This document shows, piece after piece, positions 26,829 to 36,528 of a stretch of 62,714 nucleotides of DNA. The stretch lies in assembly GCA_019637175.1 (NCBI GenBank), contig JAHBWD010000010.1, positions 1-62,714 of the forward strand, in the 5' to 3' direction. This DNA is from Labilithrix sp. (lineage in GTDB: Bacteria > Myxococcota_A > Polyangia > Polyangiales > Polyangiaceae). The first letter of the stretch is position 1. Each line of letters opens with the position of its first letter. Below the pieces are notes generated by a model. The model was not told where the DNA came from. It did not search any database and was given only the letters and a program-made list of their open reading frames with translations. The translations under genes and the position numbers were made by a program.

Positions 26829-26922
26829 GAGCGCGTCTCCGAGCGCAGCGGTTATCGAAGCAGACCACGAAGAAGCGGCCCGCTCGCGCCGAGGGCCCGC
26901 GGTCGTGTACGCTCGACCCCAC

Positions 26923-28728
26923 ATGCGCGGTGATAGGGGCCCGTTCGGCGAGCCGGAGGGTGGAGCCCATGGTGGAGAGGCTCACTCGCGCCGACTCACG
27001 CCGTCGATCGGCCTCGTGCCCGACAGCGACCGGCCGGACGCGACCGCGAACGAAGACTTCCTCTTTCACCTGTATCGTGGGAGCGAGCTGCTGCAAGACA
27101 ACCGGGCGCACGAAGCGAAGGAGGAGCTCGAGCGCGCGCTGCACCTGCAGCCTCACGACACCAAGGGGCAAGATCTCCTCGCGGTCGTCTACTTTCGCCT
27201 CGGCCTCTATCCGCGCGCGATCTCGATCTACGAGCAGCTCCGGCGCAAGAGCCCGCGCGATCCCGCGCTCCTGCTCAACCTGGCGCTCTGTTACTTGAAG
27301 ACGGGACAGCCCTCGCTCGCGCGGAGGGATCTCGAGCAGCTGCTCGCGGTCAACCCGGGCCACACGCGAGGGTGGGGCTACCTCGGGCTCGCGTGCGAGC
27401 GGCTCGGCGATCTCGGCGAAGCGCAGCGCGCCTTCGATCGAGGCGGCCACGCGCAGATGGCGCGGCGCATGGCGGAGCGCCGCAACTCGGTCGCGCCGCC
27501 GGCGCCGATGCCCGAAGAGTCGAGCCCTTCGCGCGAGGTGCGCGAGGTCGTCGCCGCGGCCTACGAGGAGCTCGACGCCGGCGAGCTCAGCTTCGAGCTC
27601 GCGCAGCCGGCGAGCTCGTCGGGCGACAACGCGCCGAACAGCTGGCGCCCCGTCGAGCTCGGAAACATGCGGGCGAAGCCCGACGGATCGCCGCTCTCCG
27701 TCCGAGAATCGCAGAAGCCCGACACGAAAGACGGACCGCCTCCCGCGCCCGTCGCCGAGAGCGCCGAGGTCCCGCCCGCGCCGCAGACGCCGCCGCACTC
27801 CGGTGGCCATCGCCCGACGTTGATGGTCGGCGTTCCGCCGCCGCCCGAGCTGACCCGCGACATCGAAGCGCTGAGTCGCCTGCCCTCGCCTCGCCCGCCG
27901 TCGTTCGACGACCAGGGGCTCTCGCGCCGGCGGCCGGCCGTCGTCGTGCCGAGCGTCCGCGCGACGCACTCCCGCGACGACGTCGAGCCGCCGAGCAAGC
28001 GCACGCTGCCTCCCCCCGCGGCGAAGCCGTCGAGCGCGCCGCCGCCTCGCGAGAAGAGACGAGACGCCGAGGTCCGCCCGGCGACGGCGCCGCCGCCGGC
28101 CGCCGCGGCGCTGACGCGCGACTCCATCGCGCCATTTCCCAAGGCGGGCAGCGTCGTCGTCCACGCGGCCGGCGTCGCGCTCGTGCAGACGGCGCCGACG
28201 GCGGGCTTCGCCGCGAGGCTCGAGGCGATCCGCGCGTCTTCGAACGCGCTCTCGATGAAGCTGCTCGAGCGGCAGGCCCAGGGCAAGAGCACCGGCGAGT
28301 CGTTCGGCGGCGTGGGCAGCCCCATGGTCCACGCGGCGGGCGAAGGTCAGATCGTCCTCGGCGCCCGCCCGGGCCGAAAGCTCTCGTCGTTCATCCTCGA
28401 AGACGAGCTGTGCTTCGTGCGCGAAGAGGTGTTGCTCGGGTTCGACGGCGAGCTCGTCTTCGAGAACGGCCGCCTCGCGACCGGAGAGGGCGAGGTCGTC
28501 GCGATCGTGCAGCTCCGCGGCCGCGGCGCGGTCCTCATCGAGTCGATCGGGGAGATCCTGACGCTCGAGGTGGCCGCGAGCCGCGGCCTCAGCGTGCGGC
28601 GAGAGGTCGTCCTCGGCTGGTTCGGCCGCCTGGTTCCCCGCGCCCTGCCCGCCAGCGACGCGCCCTGCGGCCAGCGCGGTCTGGTCAGCTTTCTCGGGGA
28701 AGGTCGCGTGCTCGTCGCGAGCGCGTGA
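26923..28728 (+). CDS. TPR-repeat protein with Pro-rich linker and uncharacterised C-terminal domain
   Basis: TPR-like helices (LYRGSELLQDNRAHEAKEELERALHLQPHD..., GLYPRAISIYEQL..., QPSLARRDLEQLLAVNPGH..., GDLGEAQRAF). Long Pro/Ala-rich segment. Structured C-terminal 180 aa. Confidence 0.65.
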   Translation: MRGDRGPFGEPEGGAHGGEAHSRRLTPSIGLVPDSDRPDATANEDFLFHLYRGSELLQDNRAHEAKEELERALHLQPHDTKGQDLLAVVYFRLGLYPRAISIYEQLRRKSPRDPALLLNLALCYLKTGQPSLARRDLEQLLAVNPGHTRGWGYLGLACERLGDLGEAQRAFDRGGHAQMARRMAERRNSVAPPAPMPEESSPSREVREVVAAAYEELDAGELSFELAQPASSSGDNAPNSWRPVELGNMRAKPDGSPLSVRESQKPDTKDGPPPAPVAESAEVPPAPQTPPHSGGHRPTLMVGVPPPPELTRDIEALSRLPSPRPPSFDDQGLSRRRPAVVVPSVRATHSRDDVEPPSKRTLPPPAAKPSSAPPPREKRRDAEVRPATAPPPAAAALTRDSIAPFPKAGSVVVHAAGVALVQTAPTAGFAARLEAIRASSNALSMKLLERQAQGKSTGESFGGVGSPMVHAAGEGQIVLGARPGRKLSSFILEDELCFVREEVLLGFDGELVFENGRLATGEGEVVAIVQLRGRGAVLIESIGEILTLEVAASRGLSVRREVVLGWFGRLVPRALPASDAPCGQRGLVSFLGEGRVLVASA

Positions 28729-28760
28729 CGCCCAGCCGGCGAACGAGTACTCCTAACGCC

Positions 28761-29411
28761 GTGGTGGAGGCCGACGCGCGATCGAAACGCAAGCAGGTTC
28801 GGCGCTCGCTCGCGCAGGACGCGGTCAACCTGCCCAACCTCCTCACGTTCGCGCGGATCCTGATGATCCCGCTGTGTCTCTGGTTCCTCGAGCAGGACAC
28901 GCCGGAGTCCGGCTTCTGGTCGGCGATCATCTTCACGCTGGCCGCGCTCACCGACATCCTCGACGGGTACCTCGCGCGCAAGCTCGGGGTGGTGAGCGTC
29001 CTCGGCAAGCTCATCGATCCGCTGGCCGACAAGCTCATCGTGATGGCGACGCTCGTGTGGATGGTCCACATGGACCGCATGCCCGCGTGGGCCGTGATCG
29101 TCCTGCTCGCCCGCGAGTTCAGCGTGACGGCGCTCCGCAGCGTCGCCGCGAGCGAGGGCGTCATCATCTCCGCCGGTCAGGAGGGCAAGACGAAGACGGC
29201 GCTCCAGATGATCGGCATCATCGCGCTGCTCGCGGGCTATCCCTACCACCTGTCGTACGCCGGCATCGATCTCGGCGTCGTCGACTTGATCCGCGTCGGC
29301 CGCGCCCTCGTGTATCTCTCCCTCGTCTTCTCGGTCGCGAGCGCGGCCCAGTACATCACGCTCTTCGCGCTGGCCGTCGAGGCGAAGGAAGACAAGAGCC
29401 GCAAGCCTTGA
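28761..29411 (+). CDS. pgsA: CDP-diacylglycerol--glycerol-3-phosphate 3-phosphatidyltransferase (CDP-alcohol phosphatidyltransferase)
   Basis: NLPNLLTFARILMIPL. DILDGYLARKLGVVSVLGKLIDPLADKL, the D-G-x2-A-R...G-x3-D-x3-D signature. GTG start chosen by eye. Confidence 0.85.
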   Translation: MVEADARSKRKQVRRSLAQDAVNLPNLLTFARILMIPLCLWFLEQDTPESGFWSAIIFTLAALTDILDGYLARKLGVVSVLGKLIDPLADKLIVMATLVWMVHMDRMPAWAVIVLLAREFSVTALRSVAASEGVIISAGQEGKTKTALQMIGIIALLAGYPYHLSYAGIDLGVVDLIRVGRALVYLSLVFSVASAAQYITLFALAVEAKEDKSRKP

Positions 29412-29476
29412 TGCCGGCGTCGCGGCCATATGGCGCTTGCCAGCCGACGAGCTTCCGTGCCATCAAAGGGCCCTAG

Positions 29477-29863
29477 ATGAGAAGGGCAAAGCGCTATCGA
29501 CTCGTGAGCGTGATCGTGACGGTCGCCGTGGGCGGCTTCGTCTGGCTCACGGCGTGCTCGAACTACGGAGAGGGCGAGCGCTGCGAGTTCTTCAACGGCA
29601 ACGAAGACTGCGAAAACGGCCTCCAGTGCCTGCCCAAGGCGCAGGTCAACCGCGGCTACGACAACAGCGATCGCTGCTGCCCCCCGAACCGAGCCAACGC
29701 GACCCATCCGGCGTGCACGATCCTCCAGGCCCCCATCGGCACCGACAGCGGGCCGCCCGGCGAGACGGGGCCGGCGCCCGAAGCCTCGGTCGACGCGCCG
29801 ACCGAGACGGGCACCGACGCGACCGCCGACGCGCCGGACGACGCCGAAGACGACGGAGGCTGA
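29477..29863 (+). CDS. small Cys-rich lipoprotein
   Basis: Signal plus lipobox VWLTAC. Module ERCEFFNGNEDCENGLQCLPKAQ (C-x7-C-x2-GL-x-C) and CCPPN. Asp/Thr/Ala-rich acidic tail. Confidence 0.55.
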   Translation: MRRAKRYRLVSVIVTVAVGGFVWLTACSNYGEGERCEFFNGNEDCENGLQCLPKAQVNRGYDNSDRCCPPNRANATHPACTILQAPIGTDSGPPGETGPAPEASVDAPTETGTDATADAPDDAEDDGG

Positions 29864-29864
29864 C

Positions 29865-30125
29865 GTGAACCCCGCGCTGCTCGTCGAGCACGCGCAGAAC
29901 GCGCTCATGCTCTCGCTCGCGGTCGTCTTGCCGGTGATCGGCGTCGCGGCCGTCGTCGGCCTGATCGTCGCCGCCTTCCAGGCCGCTTCGCAGATCCAAG
30001 ACCCGACGATCGCGCACCTGCCTCGCCTGCTCGCGGTGGTCGTCGCCCTCGTCATCCTCGGCCCCTGGATGGGCGCGCAGATCGGCGCGTTCGCCGAGCG
30101 CATGCTCATGGCCGCCGTCCGCTGA
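29865..30125 (+). CDS. FliQ/SctS-family export-apparatus membrane protein (orphan)
   Basis: GGAGG 5 nt upstream of GTG. 86 aa. ...GLIVAAFQAASQIQDPTIAHLPRLLAVVVALVILGPWMG... aligns with FliQ (GLIISILQAATQINEMTLSFIPKIIAVFIAIIIAGPWM). No other T3SS or flagellar genes in the window. Confidence 0.7.
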   Translation: MNPALLVEHAQNALMLSLAVVLPVIGVAAVVGLIVAAFQAASQIQDPTIAHLPRLLAVVVALVILGPWMGAQIGAFAERMLMAAVR

Positions 30126-30137
30126 ATATCCGCGCCG

Positions 30138-30842
30138 TTGACCCGGGGGCGTGCGTTTGATACCCCGGCCCACGGAATGAGTGAATCCTCACTCAGTTTG
30201 CGTCGCCCCGCCCGCGCGGCAAGGAAGCCGCGGGACCTCGACCGCGAAGCGGCCAAGAAGCGCCGATCGCGCGACAAGCGCGACCGCATCCTCCGCGCGG
30301 CCACGCGCGTCTTCGCCAAGAACGGCTTCCACGCCACGCGCGTGAGCGAGGTCGCGAAGGCCGCCGGCGTCGCCGACGGGACGATCTACCTCTACTTCAA
30401 GTCGAAGGAGGAGCTGCTCGTCTCCCTCTTCGAAGACCGCGTCAGCAAGCTGCTCGCGTTCATGCGCGAGGATCTGCCGAAGCGCGCGAGCGCGCCCGAG
30501 CGCCTGCGCGCGGTCATCGACATGCAGCTCGGCCTCCTCGAAGGCGAGCGCGAGCTCGCCGAGGTCATCACCGTCATCCTCCGCCAGTCGACGCGCCTGA
30601 TGAAAGAGTTCGCCGCGCCGCAGTTCCTCGCCTACCTCGACGCGATCGCGAAGATCGTCCAGGAGGGCCAGGCCGCCGGCGACTTCCGCCAAGACGTGGC
30701 GCCGCACATCGTGGCGCGCGCGGTGTTCGGCGCGCTCGACGGCATCACGCTGACGTGGGCGCTCGGCCGCGCGGAGCAGGGCGCGCTCGGCCGCGCCGCG
30801 ACCCAGCTCGGAGACATGTTCCTCCGCGGCCTCGCCCCGTGA
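30138..30842 (+). CDS. TetR/AcrR-family transcriptional regulator
   Basis: RDRILRAATRVFAKNGFHATRVSEVAKAAGVADGTIYLYFKSKEELL, a TetR HTH. Start may be the ATG at 30177. Confidence 0.85.
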   Translation: MTRGRAFDTPAHGMSESSLSLRRPARAARKPRDLDREAAKKRRSRDKRDRILRAATRVFAKNGFHATRVSEVAKAAGVADGTIYLYFKSKEELLVSLFEDRVSKLLAFMREDLPKRASAPERLRAVIDMQLGLLEGERELAEVITVILRQSTRLMKEFAAPQFLAYLDAIAKIVQEGQAAGDFRQDVAPHIVARAVFGALDGITLTWALGRAEQGALGRAATQLGDMFLRGLAP

Positions 30843-31771
30843 AGAAGCTCGGCGCGCGCGCGCGCGTCGTGCGCGAGGTGCGCGCGTTCTTCGAATCGCG
30901 CGGGTACCTCGAGGTCGAGACGCCGATCGCGATCCCCTCGCCCGGGCTCGACGTCCACCTCGACGCCTTCGAGGCGATCCCGACCGGCCTCGCCTTCGCC
31001 GCGCCCGAGCCGCGGCGCTTTCTTTCGACGTCGCCCGAATACCAGATGAAGCGCCTGCTCGCGTCCGGCTGCTCGCGCATCTTCCAGATCACGCGCGCCT
31101 TCCGCGCCGGCGAGCGCGGCGAGCGCCACAACCCCGAGTTCACCATCCTCGAGCTGTACCGCGCGCACGCCGGCGTCGAGGCCATCATGCGGGACACCGA
31201 GCAGCTCGTCGCACGCGTCACCGGAGGCGTCGTGAGGCTCGGCGATCGCACGGTCGACGTCCGCCCTCCCCTTCCCCGCGTCACCGTCGCCGAGGCGTTC
31301 GAGCGCTTCGCCGCCGTCTCCGAAAGCGAGATGCTCCGCCTCGCCGAGCACGACGAAGATCGCTTCTTCCGCGTCCTCGTCGAGACCGTCGAGCCCGCGC
31401 TCGCGAAGCTCGATCGCGGCGTCTTCGTCACCGACTATCCGACGACGCAGGCCTCGCTCGCGCGCAAGAAGGCTTCGGATCCGCGCGTCGCCGAGCGCTT
31501 CGAGCTCTACGTCGCCGGCGTCGAGCTGTGCAACGGCTTCGGCGAGCTCACCGACGCCGTCGAGCAGCGCGCGCGCTTCGTCGCCGATCAAGCCGAGCGC
31601 GCGCGGCGCGGAAAGCCCGTCTATCCGATCGACGAACGATTCCTCGACGCCCTCACGCGCGGCATGCCCGACAGCGGCGGCAACGCGATCGGGCTCGATC
31701 GACTGATCGCGCTCGCGTGCGGAGCGACGGCGATCGGCGACGTCATCGCGTTCACCGACGACGAGCTGTGA
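30839..31771 (+). CDS. epmA: class II aaRS-like protein lacking anticodon-binding domain; EF-P lysyl ligase EpmA/GenX-like
   Basis: GTGA overlap with TetR. Motif 1 FFESRGYLEVETP, motif 2 FRAGERGERHNPEFTILELY, motif 3 GGNAIGLDRLIAL. About 311 aa, the length of EpmA/PoxA. Confidence 0.65.
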   Translation: MKKLGARARVVREVRAFFESRGYLEVETPIAIPSPGLDVHLDAFEAIPTGLAFAAPEPRRFLSTSPEYQMKRLLASGCSRIFQITRAFRAGERGERHNPEFTILELYRAHAGVEAIMRDTEQLVARVTGGVVRLGDRTVDVRPPLPRVTVAEAFERFAAVSESEMLRLAEHDEDRFFRVLVETVEPALAKLDRGVFVTDYPTTQASLARKKASDPRVAERFELYVAGVELCNGFGELTDAVEQRARFVADQAERARRGKPVYPIDERFLDALTRGMPDSGGNAIGLDRLIALACGATAIGDVIAFTDDEL

Positions 31772-31805
31772 GAGCGCGAGTCTTCGAGCGCGTCGGAACA
31801 GGCAA

Positions 31806-31834
31806 GGGTCTGACGACCATTTGTCGTCAGACCC
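31806..31834. terminator. perfect 12-bp-stem hairpin (GGGTCTGACGAC cattt GTCGTCAGACCC) between convergent genes
   Basis: Perfect inverted repeat, 34 nt after the epmA-like stop and 4 nt from the stop of the minus-strand lipoprotein gene. No T-run, as expected in a high-GC genome. Confidence 0.5.
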
Positions 31835-31838
31835 TGAA

Positions 31839-34277
31839 TCAGCGCCCGACCATCGGCGTCTGGTCGCGGAGGGCGTCGCCCACGAACAGATCGACGTCGC
31901 GCATGGCGTCGACCGACCGCAAGAGCACGAAGTGGCCGTCGTACCCGCTCGGCTGGTACTGGCGAACGATCGCGGTGAGGCCGCCCGCCGTGTTCCCTCC
32001 GGCGGGCACGACCATCGGCGGCGAGCCGAGGTTGTCCGACATCGTCACGCTCGGAGGCGGATTGGCGACGCCGAGACCCGCGGCGAACGTGTACGCGACC
32101 TGCGTCGGCCCCGGCGTGAACGAGTCGTCGCGACCGTAGACGACGAACGCGTGCTTCGCCGTCGTCACGGGCGCAGTGACGAGGAGCGACGCGTGATCGA
32201 GCGGGTCGATCGGATCGAGCGCGTTCTGGAACATCGCGAGCGCGGGGTGCGCGTTGCCCAGCGTCACCTCGCCGAGCACCACGGGCGCGACGGAGAAGAA
32301 CGCGACCGGGTTGCGCTTCGCGGGGACGGTGTCGACGAAGCTCGCGCCGACGCCTCCGACCACGACGCCCTTCACGCTCGCGCGCGGGCCCGCGAGCGCG
32401 ACCGCGGTGGCGCCTTGCCCGTGACCGACGAGCGCGACGTCGCCGAAGCGGATCTCGGCGCCCGTCGGCGAGGCCGTGTCGGCGAGCGTGAAGGCCTCGG
32501 CGAACCGCGTGAGCGCGAGGACGTCGCTCGCCGCCTGGAGCCCGTTGCCGCGCATCGCGCGCGGGTTCGAGGTCAGAAACCAGAGCGCCTGCGGGCGCGC
32601 GTTCGAGGCGCCGCGTCGCGGCCCGTGCGCCACGCCGTCGAAGCCGAGCACCGCGACGCGCGCCGCGCCGGCCTCGATGGACGCGAAGCGCTTCGCGATC
32701 CCGTCGGCGACCGAAGATCGGAAGCTCCCGCCGGTCGCGTGCGCGTAGATGGCGAGCGGCCACCCTCCCGCGGGCATCGGCGCGCCCTTCGGGATCGAGA
32801 GCGAGACGCACACCTGCTGGCTCCCCTGCGGAGCCGGCGCGCCGCTGCCGTCGAACACGACGTCGCCTCCTTCGGCCGGTGACGCGAAGGGCGCGGTGCC
32901 CTGCTGCCACGTGGGCAACGTGACGAGCGCGTGGAGCTCGTCGAACGCGGCGTCGGCGGGCCCGCACGCGCGCTCGGCCTGGGCCTGAGGGCAAGGCGAC
33001 GGCGCGGCGCCGCACTTGATCCAGCCGCTCGCGGCCGGCGGCGGCGCGGCCTCGATCGCGTCGGCGATCGTGCCGACGAGATCGGGGTGCTTGCCCACGG
33101 TGAACACCGTGGCGTTCACCAGCGTCGCAGGATCGAGCGCGTTGGCCGAGGCCCACGCGCGAAGAGGCGCGTACGCGCTCCACGCCGCCGAGAGCGGCGC
33201 GCCAGGATCGGCGGGCCCGAGCACCGCGCGCAGATCGGGCGAGGCCTCGATCGCGACGCCGCCGGGCGCCTTCGCGCCGTTCGTGATGAACATCGCGTAG
33301 GTGTGCCCCGCCTCGAGCGGCAGGCCCGGCGCCGGGCGCGCGGTGATCGTGTTTCCGCACACGTACTTCGATCGAACGTTCGTCGCGTTCCATCCGAAGC
33401 CGACGTCGGTGCCCGACCCGCTCGGCGTCACGTCGACGAAGCGAATGACGCCGTCTTGCTTCAGGGTCGCGAAGTCCGGCGTCGCGCTGAAGCGAAAGAT
33501 GATCGTCGGGTACGCGGAGAACCCGTTCGCGCTCTCTTCGACGTAGCGCGCCCAGCGATCGACGAGGTCGTAGCCGAGCACGTCGGCGCCGGGCGTCGGG
33601 AACCCGGAGAGATCGAGGCGGCCGTTCTTCCTTCGCGCGTCGTTGGGGAACGGCAGGCGGAAGAAGTCGCCGTCGTCGGCGCCGCGCGGAACCCGGAAGT
33701 GCGCGCGCACGGGCCCGGGCTCGTCGGCGCACGCCACGCCCGTGAAGGCCGACACGGCGACGGGCGGGGCGCCCGTCGACGCCGGAGGCGCCGCGCACTT
33801 CTTCTCGGTGCACAAGAGCCCCCCGAAGCACTCCGGGCTGATGCCGCACGCGGCGCCGACGTCGCTCGCTCCCTCGGGCTGACACTCGGCCGAGAGGCCG
33901 ACCGCGTTGCACCGAAGCCCGCTCGAGCAATCGGCCTCGCTCCCGCACGTGTCGCCGGCGGCGCCGCGACCGCTTCGCGCGCACACGCGCGACGCCGAGC
34001 AGAAGAGGCCTTCCTTGCACTCGGCGCTGATGACGCAGGGCGCGCCCTCCTCGAGCGCGCGCGAGGGCACGCAGCGGCCGTCTTGACAGACGAGGCCGGA
34101 GCGGCAGCGCGCGCGCTCGTCGCAAGCCTCGCCGACGTTGCGCCCGCGGATGCCGTCGGCGTCGCCGCCGTCTTGATCCATGAGCGTCACCGGCCCGTAG
34201 TCGCCGCAGCTCGGCGCCGCGACCGTGACCACGACCATGCCGAGCACGGCCAGCACCGCGGCCGCGCCCGCGCGCAT
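31839..34277 (-). CDS. large lipoprotein: 4 N-terminal Cys-rich modules + alpha/beta-hydrolase-like domain with GHGQG (not GHSQG) elbow
   Basis: ATG at 34277 after GGAAGGGAGAAGGGG. Lipobox VTVAAPSC. Four C-x5-7-C-x2-GL-x-C modules. AHATGG (oxyanion-like), then LVGHGQGATAVALAG where lipases have GHSQG. The codon is ggg on the sequence, so not a one-base error. Confidence 0.75.
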   Translation of the reverse strand: MRAGAAAVLAVLGMVVVTVAAPSCGDYGPVTLMDQDGGDADGIRGRNVGEACDERARCRSGLVCQDGRCVPSRALEEGAPCVISAECKEGLFCSASRVCARSGRGAAGDTCGSEADCSSGLRCNAVGLSAECQPEGASDVGAACGISPECFGGLLCTEKKCAAPPASTGAPPVAVSAFTGVACADEPGPVRAHFRVPRGADDGDFFRLPFPNDARRKNGRLDLSGFPTPGADVLGYDLVDRWARYVEESANGFSAYPTIIFRFSATPDFATLKQDGVIRFVDVTPSGSGTDVGFGWNATNVRSKYVCGNTITARPAPGLPLEAGHTYAMFITNGAKAPGGVAIEASPDLRAVLGPADPGAPLSAAWSAYAPLRAWASANALDPATLVNATVFTVGKHPDLVGTIADAIEAAPPPAASGWIKCGAAPSPCPQAQAERACGPADAAFDELHALVTLPTWQQGTAPFASPAEGGDVVFDGSGAPAPQGSQQVCVSLSIPKGAPMPAGGWPLAIYAHATGGSFRSSVADGIAKRFASIEAGAARVAVLGFDGVAHGPRRGASNARPQALWFLTSNPRAMRGNGLQAASDVLALTRFAEAFTLADTASPTGAEIRFGDVALVGHGQGATAVALAGPRASVKGVVVGGVGASFVDTVPAKRNPVAFFSVAPVVLGEVTLGNAHPALAMFQNALDPIDPLDHASLLVTAPVTTAKHAFVVYGRDDSFTPGPTQVAYTFAAGLGVANPPPSVTMSDNLGSPPMVVPAGGNTAGGLTAIVRQYQPSGYDGHFVLLRSVDAMRDVDLFVGDALRDQTPMVGR

Positions 34278-34326
34278 CGCCCCTTCTCCCTTCCGCATCG
34301 TGTGTATGTTACGCCTCCCGAAGCGT

Positions 34327-35553
34327 ATGTTGCGATTCGAAGACGCCCTCGCGCGCATCCTCGCCCTGGGGTCGCCCCCGCTGCCGCCCGAGGCTGTAGC
34401 GATCGAAGACGCCGAGGGGCGCGTCTTGACCGAAGATCTGCGGGCCCCGGCGGACTTGCCCGCGTTCGACTACAGCGCGATGGACGGCTACGCCGTCCGC
34501 GCGCGCGACCTCGACGGCGCTCCACCTTTCGAGCTTCCGGTGCGCGGCGAGAGCCGAACCGGCGCCGTGCCCGAGCCGCTCGCCCCGCGTTCGGCGATGC
34601 GCATCTTCACCGGCGCCGCGCTGCCGGAGGGCGCCGACGCGGTGATCATGCAAGAGAACGTGACGCGCCACGGCGACGTCGCCGTCATGACGACGAAGCC
34701 GCGACCGGGACAAGCGGTGAGGCGCCGCGGAGAAGATCTCGCGAAGGGCGCCGTCGCGGCCGCGAAGGGCACGCGCCTCCGGCCGGCGCACCTGGCGCTC
34801 GCGGGCGCGGTCGACCGCGCAGAGGTCGTCGTGTCGAGGCGTCCCATCGTGACGATCCTCGCGACCGGCGACGAGCTGCGCCGGCCGGGGACCGATCCGG
34901 TCCCGGGCACGATCCCCGAGTCGATCACGTACGCGCTGCGCGCGATGGCGCGTCGGGCAGGCGCCGAGACGCGCGCCCATCCTTACGTGCGCGACGATCG
35001 CGCGGCCACCGAGCGCGCGTTCTCTGCCGCGCTCGAAGACGCCGACGTCCTCGTGACGATCGGCGGCGTGAGCGTGGGCGACCACGATCTCGTGCGCCCG
35101 GCCCTCGAGGCGGTGGGCGTCGAGCTCGAGCTCTGGCGCGTCGCGATCAAGCCGGGCAAGCCAATCGCGATCGGAAGGAAACGGCGCGGCGGCCAGCGCG
35201 ACGCGATCGTGGTCGGCCTGCCGGGCAACCCCGCGAGCGCGATGATCACCTTCGCCGTCTTCGGCGTCCCGCTGCTGCGCGCGATGCAGGGCGACGCACG
35301 TCCGTTCCCGCCGTTCGCGCGCGCGCGCATGACGCGTGCGCACGCCCACGATCCGGGCCGTCTCGAGCTCGCGCGCGCGGTGATCTCCCACGGCGAGAGC
35401 GGCCTGCTCGTCACGACGCTCGGAAACCAGGCGAGCGGCGCGGTGACCTCGACCGCGCAGGCCGACGCCCTCGCGATCATCCCCGAAGACGCGACCGGCG
35501 TCGGCGCCGGCGACATGGTCGACGTGCTCCTCGCGAGCGATCTCGGCGGCTGA
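34327..35553 (+). CDS. moeA: molybdopterin molybdenumtransferase MoeA
   Basis: SAMDGYAV, MoeA N-domain, MogA-like GGVSVGDHD and [10 protein letters not shown] motifs. ORF starts at 34225. ATG at 34327 ([12 protein letters not shown]) is the typical MoeA start. Confidence 0.85.
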   Translation: MLRFEDALARILALGSPPLPPEAVAIEDAEGRVLTEDLRAPADLPAFDYSAMDGYAVRARDLDGAPPFELPVRGESRTGAVPEPLAPRSAMRIFTGAALPEGADAVIMQENVTRHGDVAVMTTKPRPGQAVRRRGEDLAKGAVAAAKGTRLRPAHLALAGAVDRAEVVVSRRPIVTILATGDELRRPGTDPVPGTIPESITYALRAMARRAGAETRAHPYVRDDRAATERAFSAALEDADVLVTIGGVSVGDHDLVRPALEAVGVELELWRVAIKPGKPIAIGRKRRGGQRDAIVVGLPGNPASAMITFAVFGVPLLRAMQGDARPFPPFARARMTRAHAHDPGRLELARAVISHGESGLLVTTLGNQASGAVTSTAQADALAIIPEDATGVGAGDMVDVLLASDLGG

Positions 35554-35572
35554 GGGATACACTGCCGAAGCG

Positions 35573-36064
35573 ATGGGCGACACGAAGAAGAAGCGCGCGA
35601 CGCTGACGCACCTGACGCGCGACGGGCGCGCGCACATGGTCGACGTGGGAGAGAAGGCGATCACGTCCCGTCGCGCGGTGGCGCGCGCGCGCGTGAAGAT
35701 GAGCAAGGAGACCTTCACCCGGCTCGCCGCGGGCGAGACGCCGAAGGGCGACGTTCTCGCGTCCGCGCGCATCGCCGGCATCCAGGCGGCCAAGCGCACG
35801 AGCGAGCTCATCCCGCTCTGCCACGCCGTCGCGCTCACGCGCGTCGAGATCGCGATCTCCCTCGAGCGCGGCCAGGCGATCATCGACGCGACCGCGGAGG
35901 CGCGCGATCGGACGGGCGTCGAGATGGAGGCGCTCGTCGCCGCGAGCACCGCGGCGCTCACGCTCTACGACATGCTCAAGGCGATCGATCGAGCCATGTC
36001 GTTCGAGGTCTCGCTGCTCGAGAAGGAAGGCGGGCGAAGCGGCCGCTGGAAGAGGCGCCCGTGA
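35573..36064 (+). CDS. moaC: cyclic pyranopterin monophosphate synthase MoaC
   Basis: [18 protein letters not shown]...IPLCHAV...[17 protein letters not shown], diagnostic MoaC blocks. Confidence 0.9.
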   Translation: MGDTKKKRATLTHLTRDGRAHMVDVGEKAITSRRAVARARVKMSKETFTRLAAGETPKGDVLASARIAGIQAAKRTSELIPLCHAVALTRVEIAISLERGQAIIDATAEARDRTGVEMEALVAASTAALTLYDMLKAIDRAMSFEVSLLEKEGGRSGRWKRRP

Positions 36065-36510
36065 AGCGCATGGACCTGCGCGAGTCGGCCCTCTCCGTCG
36101 ACGAGGTCGTCGCGCTCGTCGCGCGTCCGGGCGCGGGAGGCATCGACGTCTTCGTCGGCGTCGTCCGCGACGAGAACCTCGGCCGCGCCGTCTCGCGCCT
36201 CGAGTATTCGGCGTACACGTCGATGGCCCAGCGCGAGATGGAGAAGATCGCGGTCGAGATCGAGGCGGAGATCGCCGGCGTGCGCGTCGCCGCGATTCAT
36301 CGGCTGGGCTCGCTCGTGGTCGGCGACGCGGCGATCGTCTGCGCGGCGAGCGCGCCTCATCGCGGCGAGGCGTTCAAAGCGTGTCGAGAGCTCATCGACA
36401 GGATCAAGGAGCGCGTGCCGATCTGGAAGCGCGAGATCGGACCTGACGGCGCAGCTTGGGTCGGGTGGGTCGACGCGCGCTGCTCGCCCGACGGGCACGG
36501 TCACACCTAG
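36061..36510 (+). CDS. moaE: molybdopterin synthase catalytic subunit MoaE
   Basis: GTGA overlap with moa[13 protein letters not shown]...RLEYSAY..MA...IVHRLG, MoaE fold signatures. Confidence 0.8.
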   Translation: MKRMDLRESALSVDEVVALVARPGAGGIDVFVGVVRDENLGRAVSRLEYSAYTSMAQREMEKIAVEIEAEIAGVRVAAIHRLGSLVVGDAAIVCAASAPHRGEAFKACRELIDRIKERVPIWKREIGPDGAAWVGWVDARCSPDGHGHT

Positions 36511-36528
36511 CGCTATACTCGACGTGTC

